From the human T2T-CHM13v2.0 reference genome, Homo sapiens, in the NCBI RefSeq assembly GCF_009914755.1, contig NC_060938.1: a DNA stretch of 64,000 nt; one strand, written 5' to 3'. This document shows, one piece after another, positions 28,844 to 45,472 of the stretch. The translations under genes were made by a program, and so were the position numbers. The notes under the pieces were generated by a model that ran no database searches, was not told the DNA's origin, and was given only the letters and a program-made list of their open reading frames with translations. How positions within the stretch are numbered: the first letter of the stretch is position 1; every line of letters starts with the position of its first letter.

Positions 28844-29133
28844 CTACCAGGTAATTCCCTTCCTCAAAAGCAGCAGAGTAGAAATTAGAGACATTTGTTC
28901 CCAGTGTTCTCCAAGTAGCCTCCTGACCCATCCTCTTTGGTTCAGGCTGGTGAAATTGACCCTTCTTTGTCCCCCAACAATCATATCCCTGGAATTCTTG
29001 TTTTTTTAAAGTTCTCTTGATATTTAAATTGTAACAGGAAAATGACGCCAGGGTGCCAGGCTGTAGCTAGACCGGATGGACTTGGATCAATCTCATATTT
29101 CATTAACTTTGCAAGAATGGAATCCTATATTTT

Positions 29134-29136
<3 letters not shown>

Positions 29137-29184
<48 letters not shown>
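29137..29184. repeat. Perfect (TG)24 microsatellite
   Basis: Direct reading. Confidence 0.98.
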
Positions 29185-29188
<4 letters not shown>

Positions 29189-32170
29189 GACTCTACTCAT
29201 AGCCTTATGGCAAGGTTTTGCTGGATCAACCACCATCATTTTGTCTAAACATGAAAATGTAAGTTTCAATAAATATTGACAATATAGCTTATTTTCTGTT
29301 GCATTATGTGGTCTACTACTCCTAAGAAGCAACTTCATAGTCAAAAATTAAGCCTTGTATAGTGCAATGTTCCTATTGCTATATGATCAGATACTAAAAT
29401 AGGCAATTGCTGTCTTCCTTCTTACATCTTCATGTAATAGAATAATCTTTCTAATTTCAACTTTCAGGTAGTACAAACAATGCTGATTTGCATTCACTCA
29501 TCATGTTTAAGACTCTTCAGATCAATATTGAACTAATATGGAACCAGCACACATCAGAGCCAGAATCACAACTGCATTTATTATCCTAATTAATTTTGCT
29601 ATCCCAATAGAGATAATTTTTAATTATTTTATTCAAATGAGAGGACAATTATAATTCACAATAGTAAACACTCATATTGTAATAATAAACACTGGGGCTG
29701 CCACTATTTACAGAACTCATTTAGTTGAATCTAAACAGCTGAATGTTTTGGAAAAAAAACTGCTTAACCATAGGCGATTTTCCTTCAGCCATCAAAATAA
29801 GACTGTGTTTTTCTGCTTATACATGGGGCCTACAAATCTACTGTTCCATTTTGTCTTTTTCACGGGAAGGGGGGAAGGAGAGAGGAAATGGATTCATCCT
29901 TAGGGCAAGCAGAATTCACCATTTCCCATTTTGGTGTTTTTGTTAAAACAGGATACTAATTAGGAGAACAGAGAAAATTAACAGTTGAGCAATTCTTTAG
30001 AGATTTTGAATAAATACAGACAAGCAGAAAGAACTTTCATTCTGAAAAAAAGTAGGACTTTTATAGTTCTATTTTCATTATTGCCTTTTTATAAGAACAC
30101 AGGAGTCTTGCAGCTCTAGAATTTGCCAGCTGCCTTTCCAAATTGTCTTAAGGTAGGAAAGAACAGTATTTAGTGGCAAAATCTAGACTTGGCTTGCTGT
30201 CAGAATTTAATACAGAAAACCTATTTAAATTATTAACAAAATGTCCAAGAGTCTTAATATACTTTTTCTCATTCTTAGGGCATAGATAATTGTGGAGATC
30301 ACATGTTGTTATCCTAATAATTCTGTTACCTGTCTTATGAGAGCAATGGAAAACTCTGAAAATTTAACTTTAAAAATGTTTTTAAATTTTATATTCACTT
30401 TTTAATTTACTTACAATAAACTTCACTCTTTTGGATGCACAGGTTTAAGAATTTTAACAAATAAATGGAATCATGTGACCACTACCACCACCAAGATACA
30501 GAGAAGACCAATTGTCTGAAATTATTTTTCCATGCTCACCCTACTTAACCCTTCCTCCCACTTCAACCTCTGTCAACAATGATCTGTCTGTTCTCCATCC
30601 ATATAGTTTTGCCTTGTTCAGAGTGTCAAATAAATGAGAAATAGTACTATCTATAGCTTTTTGAGCCTGGCTTTTTTCACTTAATATATTTCAGATTTAT
30701 CTATGATGTTGTATGTATTAATAATTTGTTCCTTTTTATTGCTGTTGTGCTACTGTTTGTCTTTCCATTCATTAGGGTTGTTCTCAGTTTTGAGTGATTG
30801 TGAATAAATCACTATAAGCTCTTGCATACAAATTTTGGTGTGACCACAGTTTTCATTTTTCTTGGATAAACACCTAGAAATGGGATCACTGTGCTATATA
30901 GTAATATATTTTTAACTGTACAGAAAATTGACGAACTGGTTTTTAAAATGAATGTGCCATTTTTCATTCCCACTTGTAATGTGTGAATATTCCAGTTCTG
31001 CGTTTTCACCAACATTTGGTATTGTTGATTTTTTTTAAAAAATGTTGCTTTTTAGACGATATGTATTCGTATCTTGTTTTAATTTGCGTTTCTCTGATGA
31101 ATAGTGATGTCGAGCTTTTTTCCATGTACTTATTTGCCATCTGCCTGTCTTTTTTGATGGAAGTATTTGTTCAAATGTTTTGCCCATTTTTCGTATTTTT
31201 TTGTTATTGAGTTTGGAAGGCTCTTATATTCTGGATAAGTCATTTGTCAGGTGATTTACAAATATTTTCTCCCAGTCCATGGCTTATCTTTTCGTTCTCT
31301 TAACAGTATCCTTTACAGAGCAAAAGTTTTGGTTTTAATGAAGTTCAATTTAAGAATTTTTGTCTTTTATGAATAATGATTTGAGTGTCATATTGAAAAA
31401 CATTGCCTAATTCAAGATCACAAATATTTCTCCTACATTTGTTCCAGAAGTTTTATAGTTTTAGGTTTTAACTTTAGGTCTGTGATACATTTTAAATTTT
31501 GTATATGGGTTGAAGTACTTTTTTGCATATAGGGACCAATTGTTCTGGCACCATTTTTTGAAAAGGCTATTATTTTCCCATTGAACTGTCTTTGCACCTT
31601 TATCAAAATTAAGTTGTCCATATTTGTGTGGGTGAAAAATTTCTGGATTATTCTGCTGCATTGAGCAATGTGCCTATTATTTTGCCAATACCACACTGAT
31701 TTTGCAGTAATGTTTGAAGTTAATTAGTATGTGTTCTTCTGCAGAATTGTTTTGGCTATTTTAGTTATCTGCCTTTCTATATATTTTTGAATTAGCTTGT
31801 CAGTTGCTACATAGAATTACCTGATATTTTGATTGGGATTATGCTAAATCTATGAATAAGTTTGATGACTATTGTAATATTAAGAGTATCAAATCTTCCA
31901 ATTCATGAACATGGTGTATCTCTATATTTGAGTTTTTCATTTCTCTTATCAGTTGTATAGCTTTCAACATATAAGCGTCTAATTTGTTAGGTTTATGTAT
32001 ACATGTTTTGTGGGGTTTGATGCTATTATGCATTATATTGCTCTAAAATTTTAATTTCCAGTTGTTCATGGCTAATAGAAGCAGAGTTGAATTTTCTATA
32101 TTGAACCTTGTATCCTGTGACCTTTTAAAATTTATGTATTGGTTTTAGGACATCTTTCTACATAGCCAAT

Positions 32171-32555
32171 TGCATTAGTTTGTTAGGGTTGCCATAAAAA
32201 AATACCACAGATGGGGTGGCTTACATAAAAAGAAATTCATTTTCTCATGATTCTAGAGGAAAAGAAGTTCAACATCAAGGTATTGGCAGAATTGGTTTCT
32301 TCTAAGGCCTCTCTGGCTTGGAGATGGCCATTTTCTTGTATCTTCATGTGATCTTTCCTCAGTGTGTATCTATGTCCTAATCTCCTTTTCTCCTAAGAAT
32401 ACCAGTTATATTGGATTAGGGCCTAATCTAATGATCTCATTTAATTACCTCTTTAAAGACCTTATTTCCAAATGCAGTCACATTCTCACATTCTGAGAGA
32501 CTGGGGATTAAGACTTCATATAAATTCTGGAGGAGACACAGTTTGGCCCCTGACA
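32171..32555 (-). mobile_element. MLT1B-like solo LTR
   Basis: TGCATTAGTTTGTTAGGGTTGCCATAA...ATTGGATTAGGGCC...TGACA; near-TSD CCAAT/ACAAT. Confidence 0.85.
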
Positions 32556-33325
32556 ACAATCATGTCATCTCTGAACAGCAACAGTTTTACTTATTCCTTT
32601 TTTATACACATTATTTTATTATTTTTTCTTATTGCAGTGGCTATGATTTACAATATGATGCTAAATCTGAGTGGTGAGAACAGACATTCTTGAGTCATTC
32701 CTAATCTTATGGTCAAACATTATCTTACGCCATTAATAATGACATGAGCTTTAGGATTTAACAATTTTTTGTGTGTGTTTCTTTGTAGTTGTCTTTTATC
32801 ATGGATGTGTGTTGAATTTTGCCACACGGATTTTTTTTGTCATCTGTTGGGATGATTAGATATTTTTTCTTTGAAATAATGATTTATAGCTAATTATATT
32901 ATTTATTTTTTAATGTTAAGCCAGTCTTGTATTGCCAGGCTAAACCTCACTAGTTTGTGGTACACTATCCTCTTGATATGTTGCCTACTTCAGTTTTCTA
33001 TTTTTTTTTTAAAGAATTAGAAGAATTAGGCCTATTTTCATGAGAAATACTGTTCTCTTTTCTTCCTAAGATATTTGGTAGAATTAGCCCATGAAACTGT
33101 CTGACTCTCGTGTTTTCTTTGTTGGAAGGTTTTCAACAATGAATTACATTTTTAAAAACAGATATAGGACTACTTTATCCTTGAGTGAGTTATTTTTTTT
33201 TTGTACTTGTGTATTTCCAGGAACTTGTATATTTTTTAAGTTGTCAAATAGGTTGATATAATGTCTTCTTGCAGTATTTTCTTAGTATACTTTTTAATGA
33301 TTGTAGAGTCTATAGTGATGTCTAC

Positions 33326-33631
33326 TTTTTCTTTTTTTTTCTTTTTGAGACAGAGTCTCATTCTGTCCCCCAGGCTGGAGTACAGTGGCATGATCTCTGC
33401 TCACTGCAAACTCTGTCTCTTGGGTTGAAGCGATTCTCCTGCCTCAGCCTCCTGAGTAGCTGAGATTACTGGTGTGTGCCACCATGTCTGGCTAATTTTT
33501 TTGTTTTTTTTAGAAGAGATGGGATTACACCCTGTTGGTCAGGCTGATCTTGAACTCCTGACCTCAAATGATTTGCCCACCTTGGCCTCCCAAAGTGCTA
33601 GGATTACAGGCATGAGCCACCATACCCTGAC
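33326..33631 (-). mobile_element. AluS (Sx/Sz-like)
   Basis: Full antisense dimer. Confidence 0.92.
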
Positions 33632-34059
33632 ATCCCTTTTCTTTATTGATATTTGTAATTTGTGTCTTCCTTCCTTTTTTGTATTGGTTGGTTTGACTAG
33701 AGGTCTGTCAATTTTATTTTTTCAATTAACTAGTTGTAGGTATCATTAATTTTTTTCTCTATGTTTTCAATTTCATTATTTTTCTTTTATTTCCTTCCTT
33801 CTGCTTGCTTTGGATTTAACTTGTTCTTCTTTTTCTTGTTTATTTTCTTTATTTTTAAAATTATACTTTTAAGTTCTAGGGTACATGTGCACAACGTGCA
33901 GGTTTGTTACATAGGTATACATGTGCCATGTTGGTGTGCTGCACCTATCAACTCGTCATTTACATTAGGTGTTTTTCCTAATGTTATCCCTCTCCCACCT
34001 CCCTACCCCCTGACAAACCCCATTGTGTTCCCCGCCCTGTGTCCAAGTGTTCTCATTGT

Positions 34060-37883
<3,824 letters not shown>

Positions 37884-37946
37884 TATGATGCTAGCTGGTT
37901 ATTTTGCTCGTTAGTTGATGCAGTTTCTTCCTAGCATCGATGGTCT

Positions 37947-38968
37947 TTACAATTTGGCATGTTTTTGCAGTGGCTGGTACCGGTTGTTCCTTTCCATGTT
38001 TAGTGCTTCCTTCAGGAGCTCTTGTAAGGCAGGCCTGGTGGTGACAAAATCTCTCAGCATTTGCTTGTTTGTAAAAGATTTTATTTCTCTTTCACGTATG
38101 AAGCTTAGTTTGGCTGGTTATGAAATTGTGGATTGAAAATTTTTTTTTTAGAATGTTGAATGTTGTTCCCCACTCTCTTCTGGCTTGTAGAGTTTCTGCT
38201 GAGAGTTCTGCTGTTAGTCTGATGGGCTTCCCTTTGTGGGTAACCCGACCTTCCTCTGGCTGCCCTTAACATTTTTTCCTTCATTTCAACCTTGGTGAAT
38301 TTGTCAATTATGTGTCTTTGGGTTGTTCTTCTCGAGGAGTATCTTTGTGGTGTTCTCTGTATTTCCTGAATTTGAATGTTGGGCTGTCTTGCTAGGTTGG
38401 GGAAATTCTCCTGGATAATATCCTGAAGAGTGTTTTCTAACTTGGTTCCATTCTTCCTGTCACTTTCAGGTACACCAATCAAATGTAGTTTGGTCTTTTC
38501 ACATAGTCCCATATTTCTTGGAGGCATTGTTTGTTTCTTTTTACTTTTTTCTCTAAACTTGTCTTCTTGCTTTTTTTTTTCATTAATTTGATCTTCAATC
38601 ACTGATACCCTTTCTTCCTCTTGATCAAATCGGCTACTGAAGCTTGTGCATGCATCATGAAGTTTTCGTGCCATGGTTTTCAGCTCCATCAGGTCATTTA
38701 ATGTCTTCTCTACACTGTTTATTCTAATTAGCCATTTGTCTAACCTTTTTTGAAGGTTTTTAGCTTCCTCGCGATGGGTTAGAACATGCTCCTTTAGCTT
38801 GGAGAAGTTTGTTATTACTGACCTTCTGAAGCCTACTTCTGTCAACTCGTCAAAGTCATTCTCCATCCAGCTTTGTTCCATAGCTGGCGAGGAGCTGCAA
38901 TCCTTTGGAGGAGAAGAGGCACTCTGGTTTTTAGAATTTTCAGCTTTTCTGCTCTGGTTTCTCCCCAT
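37947..38968 (-). pseudogene. L1 ORF1p, frameshifted
   Basis: MGRNQSRKAENSKNQSASSPPKD...; the frame departs from ORF1 at A-runs; ancestral HAKL* stop at 37947-37949. Confidence 0.92.
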
Positions 38969-40136
38969 CTTTGTGGTTTTTATCTACCTTTGGTCTTTGA
39001 AGTTGGTGACCTACAGATGGGGTTTTGGTGTAGATGTCCTTTTTGTTGATGTTGATGCTATTCCTTTCTGTGTGTTAGTCTTCCTTCTAACAGTCAGGTC
39101 CCTCGGTTGCAAGTCTGTTGGAGTCTGCTAGAGGTCTACTCCAGAAGCTGTTTGCCTGGGTATCACCAGCGTAGATTACAGAACAGCAAATATTGCTGCC
39201 TGATCCTTCTTCTGGAAACTTTGTCCTAGAGGGGCACCCACCAACAGAGGTGTCTGTTGGACCCTACTGGGAGGTGTCTCCCAGTTAGGCTACATGGGGG
39301 TCTGGCACCTGCTTGAGGAGGCAGTCTGTTTGTTCTCAGAGCTCAAATGCCATGCTGTGATAACCACTGCTCTATTCAAAGTTGTCAGACAGGGATGTTT
39401 AACTCTGCAGAAGTTTCTGCTGCCTTTTGTTCAGCTATGCTGTGCCCACAGAGGTGGATTCTATAGAGGCAGTAGGCCTTGCTGAGCTGCAGTGGGCTCC
39501 GCCCAGTTCGAGCTTCCCAGCAGCTTTGTTTACCTACTCAAGCCTCAGCAATGGCGGATGCCCCTGCCCCAGCCAGGTTGCAGCCTTGCAGGTGGATCTC
39601 AGACTGCTGTGCTAGCAGTGAGCAAGGCTCCATGGGTGTGGGACCCGCTAAGCCAGGCACGGTGGAGAATCTCCTGGTCTACCAGTTGCTAAGACCATGG
39701 GAAAAACACAGTATTTGAGTGGAAGTGTCCCAGTACAGTCTGTCACGGCTTCCCTTGGCTAGGAAAGGGAAATCCCTTGACCCCTTGCACTTCCCAGGTG
39801 AGGTGATGCCCCGCCCTGCTTTGTCTCGCCCTCCGTGGGCTGCACCCACTGTCCAGTCACTCCTAATGAGATGAACCATGTACCTCAGTTGGAAATATAG
39901 AAATCACCCGTCTTCTGCATCGATCACACTGGGAGCTCCAGACCAGAGCTGTTCCCATTTGGCCATCTTGGAACGGAAATGGTGTTTACGTGGTTTTCAT
40001 TGAATGTAATTATCAATATGATTGAATTTAGATATATCATTTAAATATGTTTTTTTGTTTGTCCACTTTGATTTTCCTCTGTTCCATTTTCCTGCCTTCT
40101 TTTGGATTGTTTAAATTTTTTTACTATACCATTTTC

Positions 40137-40319
40137 ATATATATATACACACACACACGTATATATGTGTATGTGTGTATGTATATGTATGCATATATGT
40201 ATATATGTGTATATATGTATATATGTGTATATATGTGTGTATATATTTGTGTGTACATATGTATATATGTGTGTATATATGTATATATGTGTATATGTGT
40301 GTGTGTATATATATGTATA
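40137..40319. repeat. Compound (TA)/(TG)/(TATG)n low-complexity repeat
   Basis: About 180 bp of almost strictly alternating purine-pyrimidine. Confidence 0.95.
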
Positions 40320-41090
40320 CTTGCTTTTTGGATATACTGCTTTATAAGTTGTACTAGGGAATAAGATATATACAAGTAATCTTTCATAGTCTGTATAGAG
40401 TTAATATTTTATCACTTAAATAAAATGTAGAAGCCTTGCAACCATACAATAGGCCCCTTTACCTTTCCTTCTATGTGTTAGAGTTGTCATACATGTTATA
40501 TCTACATACATTGAAAATCCCAGAAAATGTTATATTTTGTTTTCATGAATTTTTTATTGTAGTAATATTTTGAATGTTACATTCTGTATTTCTTAGTCCT
40601 CCAGATAATGCTGACTTTTTTTCCTCTTAAATTTTTGTAGGCAATCAATCTACAACCATCAGTTCAGACCATCAGTTTTATCCCACCTTCTGTGGGTAGG
40701 GTTTCCAATGTCAATTCAGTTTTCAAAGGCTTCACTTGGCTATTTTGACTAAGTTTTGTGCATGCGCCTCTCAGGGCTTATTTTGGCAAATGGAATGTGT
40801 ATTATACTGTAGTTCGCTTTTCATAACCTTTGCTATGTTAATTTGGGTTTGTGTTGTGCATGCAGCAGGTGAGCCTGGAACTTGTTCTGAATCATAGACA
40901 GAATTAGAAAATTCCCATCTCCAACTCTGTACAGAAATCCCTCCCACACTCCTTGGCTTCTAAGATTCCCTTTCCTTGGTTCTCTTGCCAGAAAGACAAG
41001 ACTTCTCTTTGGGATTTGTGCTGCCTGTGCCTATTGCATAGTTCCACAAAAGGGGCCACTCTCAGGTCAAAGCTAGGAGAGAAAAGATGA

Positions 41091-41522
41091 TACATTAGTT
41101 TGCAAGGGTTATCATAGCAAAGTACTATAAAGTGAGTAGCTTAAACAATAAAAATGTATTGTCTCACAGTTCTAGAAGCTAGGAATCCGAGATCAATTAC
41201 TGGCTATTCTCCTTTGATGGCGGTGGGGAAAGATTTGTTCCAGGCCCCTCTTCTAGCTTCTGGTAGCTCCTTGATTGTGGCAGCATAACTTCGATCTTCA
41301 CATAGTGTTCCTTCAGTGACCATGTCTGCTTTTGTATACAAATTTTCTCTTTTTATAAGGTGACCAGTCATATTGGATTAGGGGCCACCCTAATCACCTT
41401 GTTTTAATTTGATTACCTCTGTAAGTAAAGGCCTTATCTCCAAATAACATCACATGATGAGGTGGCACAGGGAGTTAGGACCCCAACATATTTTTGTGGG
41501 GATATAGTTCAATCCAAAGCCT
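41091..41522 (-). mobile_element. MLT1B/C-like LTR
   Basis: TCTCACAGTTCTAGAAGCTAGGAATCCGAGATCAA...CAGTCATATTGGATTAGGGGCCACCCTAAT. Confidence 0.8.
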
Positions 41523-44439
41523 ATAGGGGAGTGAAGGGAGACAGGTTGCTCAGCACTACACTAGTCACTTCTTCAAGTTTTAACTACTTTTTTCAATCTA
41601 CCTACTATGATTTACTTTTCAGAATTCTCATGTAGTTGCCTCATATATTTTGACTGCAGATTTTATCTGTAATCAGTGGGAGAGAGACGCTTTAGTGGGT
41701 TTACTTCATTTTGGTCAACACTGGAAGATGTAGTTTTTAAAAATAAGTAAAATCCTTTAGTTTTAGGGTCATACTAGTACATCTGAGGTTCAAGTAGATG
41801 TGTTGGCTGGAATGAGGATCAGAGTTGAAATGAGCAATAGGCTGAGAAAGTCTATTAGAAGGGAAATTTTGAGTCCAATATGCAGGACACTAGCCTTGGG
41901 TAGAGGTGAAGTTTATTTCAGTCTTGAAACATTTATGACTCAGAACTACTTAGTTTCATACTCTAATTCTCTTTCAGTTCTACCACTCTCGATTGCTTAG
42001 GGGTAAAAATTTGTTAGTGGGATTAGGACTAGAAAAATCTAAGTTGAATATTATTTCAAATGGTTGCTAGTTATAATAAAGCCCAGTTCTGTTTATCATA
42101 TATTCAGGTATTGCTTTCTGGGATTACAAAGATATATTGGATATAGTTCCTGAGATTAAGGTGTCTCAGTCTAGTCAGGGAGTCAGAAATGTGGATAAAT
42201 GCTGTATTGATATGCTAAATGTACTGACAGAGAGAAATAAAATGGTACACAGGATGAAGGGGGATGGTAGGAGAAGAGTAATACCTATACCAAGATGTGA
42301 AGAAAATGATCTCACTGTGTGGGGAAAATACTGGAGAGTGCAGAAGGGCTATGAGGCAAAAACAGTCTCTGCCATGCGAGCAGAGCTACAATGCAAATGG
42401 GCTTATGAGTTTGAAAGGTTCTCTGGTGTACATTTCTTCAAAATATTGTTTATTGAAAAGTATTATGTATTGGTGCCCTAAGATTTTATGCTATTTGATG
42501 ATCAAGACAGAGACGACCAGCAGCCTAAAGAGAAAACTCTTAGTTGAAGGAAATATATTTTAGGCAAAACATTTCCTACTCTTTTTGAAACTCTTTTAAG
42601 GATTGATCTGAGAACTATCACACAGGATACAAATATAGAAAGATCTCAGGAGAATGAACTTTTATCTCCACAGGCATATTTTTATTTCTTTGGTTCATTA
42701 AGTTCAATAATCCAGAATGGCTCATTCAGAGTTTGGTCTACTCATAATCAGGGAAGAGGAATTAATTTATAATGCCACCCAAAGTCAGGTTGTATCATCA
42801 AGTCTTTTACTGGAAATCTTATTTTGTTTTGAAGTTAATTGGGAATAGTGTTGGATGAGGCAGTGAAAAAAGAATTAATTTCAGTTTCTGTGAAAGCTGG
42901 TACTCAGGACTTATGCAAACCATACAGGGCAAAATCTATCCAGCTCTCTCTTGCCAATTATCAGCTGATATAACTGTGGTGATAACTATAAAGTAAACCT
43001 TGTTTGGTACTATTTTGCTCGGTATATTTTAGAGCCTTTAATAATCTAGTATTTCTTTAATAATTCTAATATTTTTGAGTATGAGATATAGCATTGTTTA
43101 ACAAATATATTTTACCACCCTGAAGTCTGCTTTGCTTCTTTTGTAGTTTATCCATTGTCTCTCAAAACTGGATGTTTTTATTTTTTGCAAAGTGAATTTC
43201 CAAAAATACTGCCTTAGTTCAAAAAGAATAGAACACTGAAGAATGTCACCTTTAACTCCTTATTGTATTACCATTGATTTTTCCTGTTTGTGGTGAGGAA
43301 TATTTATTTTATTCTAGTCAAAATCTAGGACCTTAAATTGCCATTTGGATATTGAATCGATTGTCTACTTTAGTCTTTAGCTCTAAAGAATATCTTGAAC
43401 TACTTTTTACTACATAGCTCTAAGAGCCAGGGAAAATGAACACACCCAAGAATTATAGGGATATAAATATAGTCTCTCATAAGTTATTCCTTTTTGAAAG
43501 CAAAATAAATTGAGAACTATAAACTTCTTGTTAGCAGATGTGAACTGAGAGACTCTGCTAACTTGTTTTACTGCCAAACTCATAACTATATATATCAAGA
43601 CTGACAATATTTGCAAAGACATTTATTACTTAGATTTTCTTAGCAGGAATTAAAAATTCACCTATATAGTAAATTACTCCCTCTTTGACTGATAAAATAA
43701 TTTATTCTATAATAAGAGATGTTTATCAAACCTAGCTAGATCATAAATTACAGATTTTGATCAAAGTATCAAATTGCTCTGTGTTGATAACCTAAGTGGC
43801 CATTAATAGTGACAATGCTATTAAGCTATTTAATATAGAAACTTTAACATACTGAGAGGTAAATCTCATATTTATCAACATTACTTAAATGAATTCCTAG
43901 TGACCTTGCTTATGTGCTCAAAAATCCCAAGTCCACATTTTTTCAGTTACTTTGATAACTCTTTTGAAATTGTCATGCTTATGTTACATACTCCTAAATT
44001 TTAAATGCTGGAGTTATAAAAGGAGCACTGATTCTGAAAGTGTATTTATCAGCTATAATAGAACTAAAAGATGACAGATAGTAGGGTAAAGAATGCAAAA
44101 TCTTTCCTAGAATTAAATGGTGTTGGTGACATAGGGAAAAAACCCAGTCATAATAGAGACAATAATTAACACATAGTGGAAGAAAGCTTTTCTCAGCCCA
44201 AACAACAAAAACTGAATAAAACAAATTTGACTTACATAGTGGAACTGCTTATTAAATTTTAGGCAAAATCTAGGTTATTTATACTTAGTAGTATAATAGC
44301 AAAATATTTAAATTACAAAATTATGGAGACAATTTTACTATCATAGAAAAACTGTGGGCCAAGAAACAAGAATCTGATTGGCTTCACTGTAACAGCATAC
44401 TCAATCACACAAGGGCTCAAAAAGTAAAATATCTAAGTA

Positions 44440-45472
44440 AAATAAATCCTCATTAATGTTGTTGATAGGTTCTTGAAAACTGCAACTTTAGGCAAAACGA
44501 CATTAACGAAGCCAATTTTACCTTAGGCGAATTGATATAAACAAGAATTAAGTTCCTGCAGCATATTTCTAGTCACAAAAAATCACCACACTTCTAAATA
44601 AAGACCCAACAGAATTCTAAATGAAACAGTGCAATAAATGTGAGCTTTTATTTAAGAAATACAATTTAAGAAAGATCTTAATACATTTAAGAAAGATCTT
44701 ACACATTTAAGAAAGATCTTAATGCATTTAAGAAAGATCTTAATACATTTAAGAAAGATCTTATTACATTAACATTAAGAATGTTAATACATTCTTAAAT
44801 GTATTAACAAAGATCTTAATACATTTAAGAAGGATCTTAAATACATTTAAGAAAGATCAATAAAACCGAGTGAGATAATTACCCATTTTTTGGTGAATCA
44901 GTGAGTGACAGTGGTCATAGTTGTGGTGGATTAAATCAAGGAATAAATGTTTGCAAAGTGAGATGGTAAGGGGCACCTAGCACCTCTCAGTTCAAATAAT
45001 AACAGACATGGAGGGCTCACTGAGTGCTTTTGTACTGCTTTGTTTATTGTCATGCATTTATATTATTATCAGAAACTTTATGAATTTTTATTTTACAATA
45101 ATTTATATTCATTCATTTATTTTCCAACCTACTTATTCCAATTCAGGGTTACAGGTGGCTGGAGCCCATCCTGGTAGCTCAGGGTGCAAGGCGGGAGCTA
45201 ACCCTGGACAGGATGCCATCCTATTGCAGGACTACTCACACACACACACTCACCCACTCACTCACACTGGGACAATTTAGACACACCAATTCACCTAATG
45301 AGCACGGTTTTGGGATGTGGGAGGCAACTGGGGTACCTGGGGAAAACCCACACAGACATGTAGAGAACATGCAGACTCCACACAGATGATGGCCCTGGCC
45401 AGGAATCTATGTTTTTCTCATCAACATTATAAGGAAATGGCATTGAACAAAACATTATTTGAGGGTCTGCTG
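44440..45472 (-). mobile_element. MER6 (TcMar-Tigger family) with internal minisatellite
   Basis: Termini TAAATCCTCATTAATGTTGTTGATAGG and TTATTTGAGGGTCTGCTG, TA flanks; internal GGATGTGGGAGG...AAAACCCACACAGACATG domain. Confidence 0.8.
44650..44860. repeat. 21-bp minisatellite (TAATACATTTAAGAAAGATCT), about 7 full units plus a rearranged centre
   Basis: Direct reading. Confidence 0.92.

Larger units (their letters stand above)
30380..33835 (-). mobile_element. Old L1M (MC/MD-like), 3' UTR and ORF2 remnants, interrupted by MLT1 and Alu
   Basis: Antisense L1 motifs; ORFs 31433-31696 and 31461-31661 give ORF2-like WYWQNNRHI and FDKGAKTVQWENNSLFKKWC. Confidence 0.85.
39980..41730 (-). mobile_element. 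Probable continuation of old L1M upstream part, interrupted by microsatellite and MLT1
   Basis: CATTGAATGTAATTATCAATATGATTGAATTT and following old-L1-like sequence. Confidence 0.55.

Noticed and set aside
38799-39879. ORFs in the L1 5' UTR as possible ORF0
   Set aside because: I cannot confirm identity to ORF0 without alignment, and most use non-ATG starts.
40047-40387. Tyr/Ile/Cys/Val- or His/Thr-rich ORFs
   Set aside because: Translations of a TA/TG microsatellite.
44650-44860. Regular short repeats suggesting a CRISPR array
   Set aside because: Units are head-to-tail with no unique spacers, there are no cas genes, and the context is primate DNA.
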